The position numbers and the translations under genes are program-made. The notes under the pieces were generated by a model. The model was not told where the DNA came from. It ran no database searches and saw only the letters and a list, made by a program, of their open reading frames with translations. DNA of 64,000 nt. Origin: Nageia nagi (Eukaryota > Plantae > Pinophyta). The stretch covers positions 23,436,001 through 23,500,000 of the forward strand of contig JBITNC010000002.1 of assembly GCA_050084985.1 (NCBI GenBank), given 5' to 3'. Shown one piece after another: positions 40,701 through 53,000 of this stretch (position 1 is its first letter; each line of letters opens with the position of its first letter).

Positions 40701-42311
40701 AACTCTTTAGTGGTTCCCTAGTAGATCTAGAGCAAGATTTTGAACTTGGGTGGGGTCTTTTGTGGAGGTATAGATATGGGATCCCACATCTACCCTCTCT
40801 TGTTTCTCATCTTCTCCTCATACCATTCTCCCAAAAACCATAAAAGCCTCTCCATCTCTTCCAAAGGCATCTTGTTAAATTCAAACCTTTGAAGAAGTTG
40901 GTTGAAAAATCACCCTACTAAATTTAGACTTCTTTACTTTGGCTATAGATAGAGCTTCCACTTCCTCAGGTGGTAAGATCTTCAAATTTGATACCATTGT
41001 AAAGATACAAATGAAATATTAAGTGTAAATTACCAATTTCAACCAAGAAAATACCCATGATTGGCTTAGAAGTGTAAATACAAGTATTTAAAATCTTATG
41101 ATGCAGGGTTAGGGAATCAATTACAAACTTCCACAACATAACAATGCCAATGTTTGGCTCATACATACATGAATAAGTAAAGAAACCATAATGTTGAAAT
41201 AGTAAAGCATACACAAGACAAATATGGTGATCTAATGCCCAATGACTATATATAAGATGAATGATGAATAACAATATAATACCAAGCCTTATAGGGTTGA
41301 TGCTAGTCTCAATGGGTACAATGTCTATCTTGAACTGGAAAAATAGATGGGATAGTCTTGCTCCCTCAAAACCTGAATCCTCTCCACTAAAGGAGCCCAC
41401 CTTTGATCTCAATGACCAATTGAATGGTAGAAGCACAACCTTGGAATACCATTAGATGAGCAAGGGTTGTACAATAATGTTGTAGACTAACATGATCCCT
41501 CAACCTATTAATCCTCCTAGATGCTGCACATAGTTGTTTTCTTAGCATTGTTAAGATTTCTTATGCTCTAGATGATATCAAGTGTAATAATAATCAAGAA
41601 TATCTAGCTATGAGGCTCCAATACCTTTTTATAATACATCACTTGATTTGGATCTCCTATAGGAGTCATCACCTAGATTTTTAATTCTAACATTAGCCTC
41701 CTGAGGGATAAAAATGCTCAACATGGGTGCCTAGGGGTTGAGCATGCCAACATGGGATCCTGGAGTTGCATAAATGCCAACATGGGGGTTTGGAGTACCA
41801 TGCATGCCTAGCATATGTCTAGGAGCCATGTGTGGGGATAGGTATCATTATGGGTGAATTTGGAGGTTTAGGATTCTCCCAAAGGATAGCACATGTACAT
41901 AAGTGCTCATCCATCCACCTAAGTGCTAAATAGGCCTTGGGATTCCAACAATCATGATAGGGATCTCTAAGCATAATTAAATACCTAATTTATGCTTAAG
42001 AGGGAGACATCCCACTTGAAGTTTATAGTGGGGTCCATTGACCCATTAAGTACCCTATCCTAAGTATTAACTTAAAGTATAATGCAATAATAAAATATAT
42101 TACAAAGGGGAATTGATCGGATTCCATAATTAATTACAAGAGTGTAAGGGGTACATTACAAAAAAATCTAAAAAAATACACAAGGTATTTAGAAACATGA
42201 TGGTATTTCCTTAAATGTGCAGGGTTGTAGAAACACATAAATGTTTCAATAGATAGATGAAACATGATGATGTTTCACTCTGGTAAATTTGCAAAACTTG
42301 TATATCCAACA
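31789..42311 (-). mobile_element. Ty1/Copia element B inserted in the 3' LTR of element A
   Basis: TG..CA termini; TSD ATATA (31784-31788, 42312-42316) matching the empty site GCATATACTC at ~54971; 3' LTR 31789-32226; 5' LTR 36159-36456 plus ~42161-42311; gag ~36000-35100, protease WILDTNCSNPM, integrase YTPQQNGVS, partly deleted RT, RNase H KHFDLKYHFIQE. Confidence 0.93.
36457..42160 (-). mobile_element. Chromoviral Ty3/Gypsy element C in the 5' LTR of B; RT-RH-INT-chromodomain present, gag core and protease absent
   Basis: LTRs 36457-37612 and 40998-42160; PBS TGGTATCAAA 40987-40996; PPT AGAGGGGAGG ~37615-37625; TSD AAAAA; RT IQPSSSPFASLVLLVKKKDGT, RNase H FTVECDAS, integrase, chromodomain DSTWEE. 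Confidence 0.93.
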
Positions 42312-45300
42312 ATATACTCATTGGAAAGCTTATTACAAGCACTATTCAATAAACAAGAAATCAAACCAATTTTAATCTTGTACTAAGAGTTGTACCTCCA
42401 TAAAGATGATTTATCTATTGTTATGAAAATTTGTTATCAAGATAATTCCATTTTGCATCATCAAACATCAATTTTCATTATTGACCTTCATTCTATATTA
42501 TCAAATATCATTAAACTATTCTTATACTTCATAATTTCTTTTCCATTTTGATGTCTTTGCTATGGTGTGTTGACAATAATGATATCTTCTTTATTATGGT
42601 GTGTTAACAATAATGAAAATCTCTACTCTTGCTCAACAATCTCCCCATTTATTACTATTTGTAACGCATACTTGGCAACACATGAGCTAGGAGCTATACA
42701 ATATGATATGAACTTGCATAATCTTATTATTTTCCTACTACCACTTGCTCTCCTATTCTTCTCCTGCTACTAGTTGCTACTGAATCTAATCTATTTGCAA
42801 CTCTATTTATTATCTATTGCCAACTTTTTCTCTCCCTTTGATAATAATGACAAAGGGTGCCATTGATATCCATCATTAATGCTATGATAACTTCCCTATA
42901 GTTGGTACATACCATTATCATCAAATTGCTCCCTATAAATCCATGCACCATTCTCTAGTTCATGTTCAAAAAAGAAAAATAGGAAATAACATAAATAGGA
43001 GCATAAAATAGAAATTGGAAATTGCTCACCTTAAGAATGTGCAACTAATAACAGATTAATGTTTGGGAAGTGTCATCACCCCCAATTCTTATCTAAGTTA
43101 TTTAAAAATACCATTGGGTACTATTTTGGTAAAGATATTAGCTGCTTTCTTTATTGTAGGTACATAATCCAACTTGACTTCCCCTTTTACAACCTTATAT
43201 TTCAGAAAGTGATAATGCATGACTATGTGCTTAGTTTTGGAATGCATAATTGGATTCTTTGAAATATTTATTACACTAGTATTATCACACATCACAAAGA
43301 TAGGTTTATTAAAATGTATGCCAAGATCTTTTAGAGTTTCTTTCATCCATAATACCTAAGTACATCATGATGTTGCTTCTATATACTCATCTTTTGTAGT
43401 AGAGAGTGACACTGAATCTTATTTTTTTTATTTTTCCATGCTATAATCTTATCACCCAGATAGAAAGAACCTCTACTTGTGCTCTTTCTATCATCAATAC
43501 AGTTGGACCAATCAACATAAAAGTATACAATAAGAGTGAAGTCCTTACCTTTGGGATACCATATTCCATATTCCATAGTTCTTTTGATAAATCTAAAAAT
43601 TCATTTTATACTAGTGGAATGTGTTTCCTTTGGAGTTGCTTGAAATCTTGCAACCATACAAACTACTTGTAATATATTTGGCCTAGATGTGGTTAAATAT
43701 AACAAACCATCAATCATTTATCCATATAGAGTTTGATCAACAAGAGATCAATTTTCCTCTTTCCTTAGTTTATAACTAGTCATCATGGGATAGGTTTACT
43801 ATCCTCCATATTAAATTTTTTCAACAACTCTCTTACATACTTTGTTTAATATATGGATGTTCCTTTATTTAATTGATTAAATTGCAAACTAAGAAAATAT
43901 GATAGCTCACCAACCATAGACATTTGAAATTCATTTTGGATCTGATTAGAAGATTCTTTACATATCTCATATTTGCATCTATCAAACATGATATCATATA
44001 CATAGAAATAATGGCAAGTTGATAATTACTTTTAGTTTTAACATACCAATTTCTATCAACCATAACTTTCTTAAATATTTTCTATATAAGATAATTGTAT
44101 AGCCTTGAGTACCATGCTTGGGGTGCTTATTTTAAGCCATACAAAGATTTATTTAATCAACAAACTATGGTGGGATATCCCACAAGATGAAATTCATATG
44201 GCTATTCAATATACACTTCTTCCTCTGGTATACAAATCAAACATATTGATTTAACATCTAGTTGATGTACCTTGAAGTTCTTATATTCTGTTACTGTTAA
44301 GAACATTTTGATTTCCTCTAATCTAGCCATAGGTGCAAAAATTTCTTCAAAATCAATTCCTTAAACTTGGGAACAACCTTTGCATACAAGTATAGCCTTG
44401 TTTCTTACCAATTTTCCTTCTTCATTCAGTTTATTTTGGAATACCCACTTTCTACCAATGACATTCTTATTTGTTGATCTATGAACTGACTCTCATGTCT
44501 TATTCTTCTTAATATGATTTATCTCTTCTATCATTTCCTATAGCCAACTTTCATATTTACTTTCTTATGCAATATTATTGGGTTCAAAATGAGTCAATAG
44601 GCATAATTTATATGTTCCTAAATTTGGGCAACCTTCCTTCTTGTTTGTACACTCATATTAGGATCTCTAATGATTTGTTGTCTTGGATGGTTTAATTGCC
44701 AAAATTTTCTAGATGCTTTTGGTGAGCTTATTGGTGATGAATCAAGTGTTTTTGTGGTGATACCTTAGGTTATGTTGGTGGTTATGTGTGTGGAGAAATT
44801 GGTGGTGATAATCTAGGTGAAGATAGTGGTGATGATTTAGGTGATACTAGTGGTGATTGTTCCTCTTCTTTATCTTTATACATGAGATAATCATTGTAAT
44901 TACTTGAAATTTGAATAGTTACATCATCAACCTTTACATCTAAAATTTCCACAATATTTCCAAGTATCTTATTGTAGCATTTCTAGGCTTTTTTCTTTAC
45001 ATGAGTAGCCAAGAAAAATTCTTTCATCAGCTCTATCTTCAAACTTGTCAAGATTTTCTTTAGTATTTCTTATGTGGCATTTACTCCCAAATATTTTAAA
45101 ATGTTTGACTATAACCTTTCTTGTAGACCATAACTCATATGGTAATTTACTTTTATTTGGTCTAAGAATACATCTATTCTAAATGTGAACAACTCTATGT
45201 ACTACCTCTTTCTAGAACTTGTCATTTACTTTGTTCTCATTCATCATTATTTTTGCCATCTCTTACATTGTTCAGTTATTTGTTTCCATAACACCATTTT

Positions 45301-48300
45301 GTTGTGGTGTTCTAGCAACTAATAATTATCTTTAGATACCATATTTCTCAAAATATTATACAAACTTTTCAAAATTGATTTCTCCTCCTCTATCTGATAT
45401 GAGATATTAGATTCTTTTCCTAGTCTGATTTTCAATTATATTCTTGAAACTCACAAATATATCAAAAGATTTTGATTTGTGTTTGAGAAAATGTGTCAAT
45501 GTCATTCTTGATTATTCATCTATAAAAAATATAAAGTTTCTATGATAATATATACTTTAAGTTATGGTTAGTTCACATAGATCAGTATGAACTAACTCAA
45601 GAGGTTTGCTAGAATAATGTTCTTTAGCTATAACAACCCTTTTTTTTATTAAAAATAAATAATTTTGGAATCCTAAGGATTTTCTTTTGTAAATATTTTA
45701 TTTATTCATGTATTTTTTGTTAGTTAATTCAAATAGAATTATAAAGGTCCATTGGACCCACTTTGTGAGCCCCAAGGGGCACATTTTCATCCCAAGCTAG
45801 GATGTGTTATTTAGTTTTTCATTAATGCACTTGGAAATCCTAAAGATTATTATGGAAATACCAAGGTTTGTATGACAACTAGATGATACTTAAGCATGGA
45901 TAAACACCTATTTTACCCACCATTAGATTTAGGAGCACTTGTACACATGCGTTATCCTTGATTTTATATTAAAACCCTTCTCTTTAGAGTTACTAAAGAC
46001 TTGGCAGTATTAAGCACCCTTGAGCATAGTGCATAAGAAGAGTTCAGGAGGCATGGAGAAACTTTTTTATTATGGTTAAGATGATTGTTCATGTTGTGGG
46101 ATTTCCCTACCTTGAGGCATGCATAAGTGGTATGCACCTTTAAAGCTATCTAGTGGTATTATGGAATCACATACATTCTATTCACCAAGAGCTAGCCTAT
46201 GAGGGAGACATTTAGTGTGGCATTCATAGAACTAGTAGTATATGATTATTCTACATCAATTATAAGATCTACATCAACATATTATATGCCCTATTTGGCT
46301 TCTTAAAGGCTAACATTGAGCCCTTTGGGCCTATTCAGTATTGTACCCACTATTTCTTCATCAATAGAATTGTGGTATGCTTGGATCTCACTTATTATCT
46401 CAATATTTGATGTTCATGTTTCCACATTTGCAATGTTGAGCTATTTTAGTATATTCATGCTTGTATGGTGGATCATTGGCATTCCTAGATATGTTTGGCA
46501 TGTTATATGAGTCTTCATGTGTGATGTTGGGATATAGGAGTGGATTTGTACTAGTGAGATACATCATTTGATTTACTAGCTTGTTATTTTTATGTTTGAT
46601 GATCTAATCTAGTTTGTGGCATGCATATTGATATTATTTGATAATTTATTTGGCTAATCCTATGTATTATAAATATATTGATATTATTTGGGAATATTAG
46701 AATCATATTATATTTTGGATTTGGCCAAAATATGAATGAGACTTATAGTTCATAATTATTATACCAAATACAACACCAAAAGGGAGATGTATTTAAATAA
46801 GGAGGATGGAAAGGGGATGTATCTAGAAGAAACCCCAACTAGAACCACTCAGAATGATGATCATTGATCATGGATGGAAGTTGTCCAAGATGGGGAGCCT
46901 TTTAGTGAAGAAAATTTAGCCAGGAGAGGTAGATCCTCATCAACTAAAAGAAGAATAAGAAATAATCTAGCTAGCAAGTCTATGCTAAAAAGAAAATTTA
47001 ATGAATTTGTTGTGGCCATGAGGAGTATGATGAATTCAGGTAGTGAAAAATTAATTGGCCAAATTTAATGCTTGGTTTGGAAAGAAGAAAGCTTTAATAT
47101 GAATTATGACCCCCCACATTTTATTCTAGATGAGGAAGAAGAACAAAGAGATTAGGATAGAATAGAGAAAGATCCCAATTTAAGGAGATCACATAGCTTG
47201 AGGGATAGAGGATCTACTCATTATGAATCCATGAGTCACCAAGAGCATGAGTTTATGAGGTCCCATTCTCATAGGGCACCACAAGGGACTAACCGTATCC
47301 AAAGAGGTTCTTAAAAGAAGAAGTTGGGAATAGAGGAGAATAATCCATCATTCCAAAACCATCCAAGCCCATGTTCATCATGAGATTTACAAATGAGGTA
47401 AAAACATTGGGTTCCAAACCCCTTTGAGTTGAATCATATTTTTAGAGAATATTATATGCTATATTCAAGATTGAGTAAGGATATGAATTTTAATAGCTAT
47501 TTAGAAATTTTAGGCTTGAAGGGGATAATAAAAAATTAATAAAATGCAAGTTCCAATGTATGATGGGAAGAAGATAACCACTAGGGCTTGGCTCCATTAG
47601 ATTCAAACATACTTTATATTGAATTCAAACATGGTGGAAGAGGATACAATCCAATTTACATCATTACATTTTAAGAGAGATTCTCTTGAATGGTGGTAGC
47701 ATTGAGAAATCAGCCAAGATTATTCCCATATCTCATATTTTGATGAATTTGCTTAGAGGTTAGTAAAATAGTTTGCTATAAAGGATAACGATTATTTTAG
47801 AGAGCTCACATCCTTGAGACAACAAGGAATAGTGGATGATTTTGTTTTAATTTTTTATAAAACAATATTCATGATCAATAACATTTCTAAAGAGAGATTA
47901 ACCTTCATCTTTGTAGAATGATTGATGCAACCATTACAAGGGATGGTCAAGGTATCAAGGCCAAAATTCCTTGATGATGCAATCAAAGTAGCCTAAAATT
48001 TGGAGCTAACTATGATCACCATCAAAGGTACACAAACATACAAGGGGTAGGTCATATGAAAAATAGCAATAGAGAAGGAGGGAAACAACAAGTTCAAACC
48101 CTTTCCCCTCACCATATAGGCCATATGGATGTGGGAATAAGGTAAAGTATTTCAGTACAAAAAGTCATGAGAGCTAAGGCACCATTATCAAGATAAAGTA
48201 TAGGTACATTACATCTAGGTTCTTTCATATGGTGAGGATTAAGATTCAAATTTGGAGCTTGGTACAAGCATATTAGATCAGACTAAGGTACCTAAGGTAG

Positions 48301-48801
48301 AGGCATCTTTTGGGAGTATGATTTCTTTACTCAATGGAACAAAGAAATACCTCACTTTGAAGGTAATTAGCAAGGTAGGTTGGTAATATGTAATGGTCCT
48401 AATAGACCTTGGTGTTACTCATAATTTTATTAATAGATATTTTATGGAGAAAATGGATCTTAAAACCAAGGGGTTTGAAGGATTTAGAGTTTCCAATGCC
48501 AATGGGAAATATTTATTAGTGAGCCATGTCATGGAAAGATTTGGGATGAGACTACATAGTTAGAGAAAACTTTTATGTGTATCCACTTAAGGGGCATCCT
48601 CACATTATCTTAGATATGCAATGGTTATTTTAATTGGGTGACATTCACACCAATTATAGGAATTTAACTATGATATTTGATATTAATGATAAGACCCACA
48701 CTTTCCAAGGAGTTAAGGATGTATGCCCATAAATCACTAACAAGAGATTGAAAGTGTTTTGGTCATAACTTGAGGAAGAAGAGAAATAAGATAAGCTAAC
48801 A

Positions 48802-49045
48802 TTGGGCAAGGAGGAAGGTTGGCATCCCACATTGAATATGAAGAAGGCTTGGCACCTAACTTTGGGCAAGGAAAAAGTATAGCATCTCAATTTGGATGTG
48901 AAGATGGCTTGGCATCTAATGCTAGGCAAGGAAGAGTTTTGGCACCCCATGTTGGGAATCAAGGGTTTTTGGCACCTAATATTAGAAAAGAAAGGAGCAT
49001 GGCACCCCAAGTTGAACAAAAGGGAGAATTGACATCCAATGTTAA
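48802..49045 (+). repeat. 30-bp tandem repeat, 8 units, encoding a 10-aa WHPxL repeat
   Basis: TGGCAY-like core at 48820, 48850, 48880, 48910, 48940, 48970, 49000, 49030. Confidence 0.9.
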
Positions 49046-49913
49046 ATATATATATTTATCATGAAGCAAAAGCTACACTCTTTTTCACTCGTACTTACTT
49101 TTTTCATCTTTTTGTAGGGATATTTTTTAGGATTCTTTCAAATACTCATTACTACAATTTTGTACTCAGCATAGATGAGTGTATCAAAGTTTTTGTATGT
49201 ATACTTTTATCTCCTAAAGATTGTTGTATTAGAATATTTGTAGGCATTTTTGTACTTAATGTGGATTGCTAATGTTAGAATGAACTCCAACAAAATATCA
49301 AATTTTTTGCATGTAGCATCTAGATGCCAAAGAGGAACTCTAATGGTTGATATAGGGATTCCATGGGCCAGATTATGGGAGAGATTTATTGAATTTGCAT
49401 TCCACCAAAAAGAGCCATAGTTGATACCTCATTTGAAACTAAAAGATTTTTGGTAGAGAATAAATTTTAACATTCTACAATTGCTTAAGGGAAAGCAATT
49501 CAAGATGGGAGGCTTTGTAACATTCCCTTTTTATAAAAAATAAATAATTTTAGAATCCTAAGGATTCCCTTTTTGTAAATATTTATTTATTCATGTATTT
49601 TTTTTGTTACTTGGGATATAATTATAAAGACATGTTGGACCCACTTTGTGAGCCCCTTTAGGGATGTTTTCCTCCTAAACTAGGATGTGTTATTTAATTT
49701 ATCATTAATGCACTTAGAGATCCTAACAATGATTATGGGAATCCCAAGGCTTGTATAACACCTAGATGAAAATTAAGCATGGATAAACACCTATTTTCCC
49801 CAATGTTGGATTTGGGAGCATTTGTACACATGTGCCAACCTTGGGGAGACTCCTAAACCCCTACATTGGCCCATGATGATCCCTAGTTCCCATGCATGAC
49901 TCCCAAACTCATG

Positions 49914-50075
49914 TGGTACCTTGAAATGTCACATTAGAATGCATGGTACCTTGGAATCCCATGTTGGCATGCATGGTATGTTATACTCCCATGTTGGTAT
50001 TTATGGCCTCTAGGTACCCATTTTGGGCATGCTTGACCCCTAGGCCCCTATGTTGGAGATATTGGACCTCCAAGA
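49914..50075 (+). repeat. 30-bp tandem array within the Gypsy LTR (counterparts at ~11040-11160, 37150-37290, 41705-41835)
   Basis: TGGTACC/TGGCCTC/TGACCCC cores at 49914, 49944, 49974, 50004, 50034, with CCCATGTTGG spacers. Confidence 0.85.
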
Positions 50076-53000
50076 GGCTAATATTAAGATTGGGGAGGTT
50101 TGGGATGACTCCTAGGTGAGATCCAAATCTAGTAATGAGCTATATAAGGCTAAGGAACCTCATTAATGATATAGAATTGATTTTATACTAAAACCCTTCT
50201 CTTTAGAGTTACTAAAGACTTCATAGTGTCAAGCACCCTTGAGCACAATGTATAAGGAGAGTTTAAGAGGTATAGAATACCTTTTATATTATGATTGAGG
50301 TGAGTATTCATGCTATGATATTTCCCTACTATGAGGCATCCATAAGTGATCTACACCTTTGAATCCATCCAGTGGCATTCTGAAATCACATCCATTCTCT
50401 TCACCAAGAGATATCCTTTGAGGGAACCCTTTAGTGTGTCATATACAAAAATAGTAGTGTGCGATTATTATATAGTAATTTTAAGATCTATCTCTACATA
50501 TTGTATGCTCTAGTTGGATCCTTAGAGATCAACGTTAAGCCCTTTAGGCCTATTCGATATTGTACTTATCATTTCTTCATCAATAGAATCATGGCATACT
50601 TGGATCTCACTTGTTGCATTAATATTTAAGGTTCATGCTTTCATATTTGTAATGTTGAGCTATTTTAGTATATTCATACTTGTATGGTGGATTGTTGACA
50701 TTCCTAGATGTGTTTGGCATGTTATATGAGTCTTCATGTTGGGGTATAAGAGTGGATATGGACTAGTAAGGTGCATTGTTTGGTTTCATGGCTTGTTATT
50801 TTCATGTTTTATACCCTAATATTGTTAATTTCATGCATATAGATATTGTTTGATAATTTATTTGGCTATTTTCTACCTTGATCATATTTGGGAATATTAC
50901 ATTAACCTTGAATAAGGTTGATGTTGGATGGCTTAGATATGCTTGGCATATCTCTTACTACCTCCTTTGTGTTGATATTTATCAAATTTTTAAAACTAAT
51001 ATGTCCAAGTGTTTTTTCCATAACCAAGTAGTGTCTTCTTGTCCAAGCAGATAAGATCCTTCTCATATTTCAATTAGAGTGTACAAGTTATTAGTTTTCC
51101 TTGTTCTAGTTGCTATAAGTTGACCACATTTTGGTTTTCTTATTTCACACATATGCTTTTTAAAGGTCACATCATTACCTTTGTCACATATTTTTCTAAC
51201 ACTCAAAAAGTTATATCTCAAAACAATGATAAATAAAACTTCTTTAGACTTCATCTTTCCATTTCCCATTTTTCACAATTCCTTCACCAACTATTTTGGT
51301 ACCATTATTATTTTCAAACTTGACTAATCCTCCATAATATTATTGTAGATTCTCAAAGCTTTGTTATTCCTTGGTTATGTTCTTTGTACAACCATTGTGA
51401 ATAATTTAGGGTCTTGACTTGTTCTCATCTTTAAGAGCTACTTAACAAATCAATGATTTAGTTGCATTGTTATCTTCATTTTTCCAAACTCATTTAATTG
51501 TAGTATTCTGCACTTTGAATTTTATCTTAATTATTTTAGAATCTTTCTTATTCATCTTGCATTAATTGACTGAATTTCTTCTATAAAATTTTGCTTTTTG
51601 CCCATAATTATGATATTTATAGTTTTCCAAAGTTAAATCTATCAAATGAGTGAAACAATTTCTATTTAAAATATTTATTGGCTGAGTTTTCATTCTACTA
51701 AATGCTATTTTATGACCAAAAGAATTACATTTATAATAATAGCCATAAAATTGATTTCCATAATTAGAATAGGAATTGAAAAACTTATTTTGCTAATAAA
51801 CTTTGCTTGTTGTCAATCTTGGCATTCTCCTTGCTTTCTTAACAACTTTGATGAAACCTTCACTACTATCTTCTTGACTCTCTCTAGGTTGATTATTCTT
51901 TACCTCCTATTTAATTTTTCTATCAAATTGAATATCATTTGATTAAGTTTTAGGTAGTCATTGTTTAGTTGCACTTGAGATTTATGTAGGATCAAATTTG
52001 AGACAATGTTTATTATTGGATGTCTTTATGCTCTTAATAATTGATCAAATTGCTTTGATATTTGAGAAAACTTAAGACTTATCTTAGATTGTTAAGATAA
52101 TTTCTCAATCTCCTTTCTTAAAGTAATAATTTCCTCTCCCAAGTTGTGGTAGACATCTATTCTATCAGTGAACTAGAGTTGCAAGGATTCTTAAGTTACC
52201 TTGAATTCTTGTAATTGGAATTTCATTTATTCAATTTTATCATTGGTATTATTTAATATTTTAATAAATTTCTTTTTCTTTCTCCTTTTATTATCAAGAT
52301 CATCTAAAGTAGCTATTAGCTTCAATTTAATATCAACTACAACTTCTTAATCATCATCATCAGGGTCTTCAATAATTTTATCTTTCTTATTATTTATTTC
52401 AAATGCCATAAATAATGCTTCATCATATTCATATTTAGAATTATTATTTGAGCCATAAACATATTTATATTCACTTTGTTTAGAAATTAAACTTGTACTG
52501 ATATTCTTCTTTTTGAAATTTCTATCTTTGTTTATGTTACTGTTACCTATTGACTTTCTTATGTAGTCATCATTATCATTATTTTTCATTGTATGACCAT
52601 ATATTGGTAAAGTGACCAATATCACCATAACTAAAATATTTTAGAGGTAAGTTCCCTTTGTATTTTATCTATCCTCTTTTAATATTTCAAACAAAATTAG
52701 ACTATTTAGGATTTGATATATCTTCTTCCTCAAGATCTAATTTAACTTTAGTAATTTTTGGAGATTTAAACATTAACTCTCTATCAATAGTTCTATTTTT
52801 TCCTATCCTCATTTCATATGTTGTTAATGAATAATACATTTCATCCATTGAGAATGTTATATCTAGATCTTTTTCTTCTTTAATGATAGACACTTTTGAG
52901 TCAAACCTTAGTTGCAAGGATCTTGAAATTTTTTCTTAACTATCATTTTATGTTCTATGTTTTTTCCCAATCCTCTGATTGTATTTGTTAATTTATTTAC

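Larger units (their letters stand above)
45629..50901 (+). mobile_element. Non-autonomous Gypsy element D (gag + protease only, TR-GAG-like) inserted just upstream of the integrase core of A
   Basis: LTRs 45629-46701 and 49516-50901; TSD TTAGC/TTAAC; PPT AGATGGGAGG before 49516; gag core (VPMYDG..QTYFILN..SLHF..LEWW) ~47540-48010; protease LIDLGVTHNFI ~48400; no RT, RNase H or integrase motifs. Confidence 0.88.

Noticed and set aside
40966-41455. Longest ORFs in the track (156 aa minus strand, 64 aa plus strand) as real genes
   Set aside because: They lie within the LTR of element C, show no recognisable domain, and the ORF track lists no matching ORF in the sister LTR.
48802-50075. 30-bp periodic arrays as CRISPR-like repeats
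   Set aside because: Contiguous degenerate tandem units with no unique spacers, inside a plant retrotransposon, and no cas genes.
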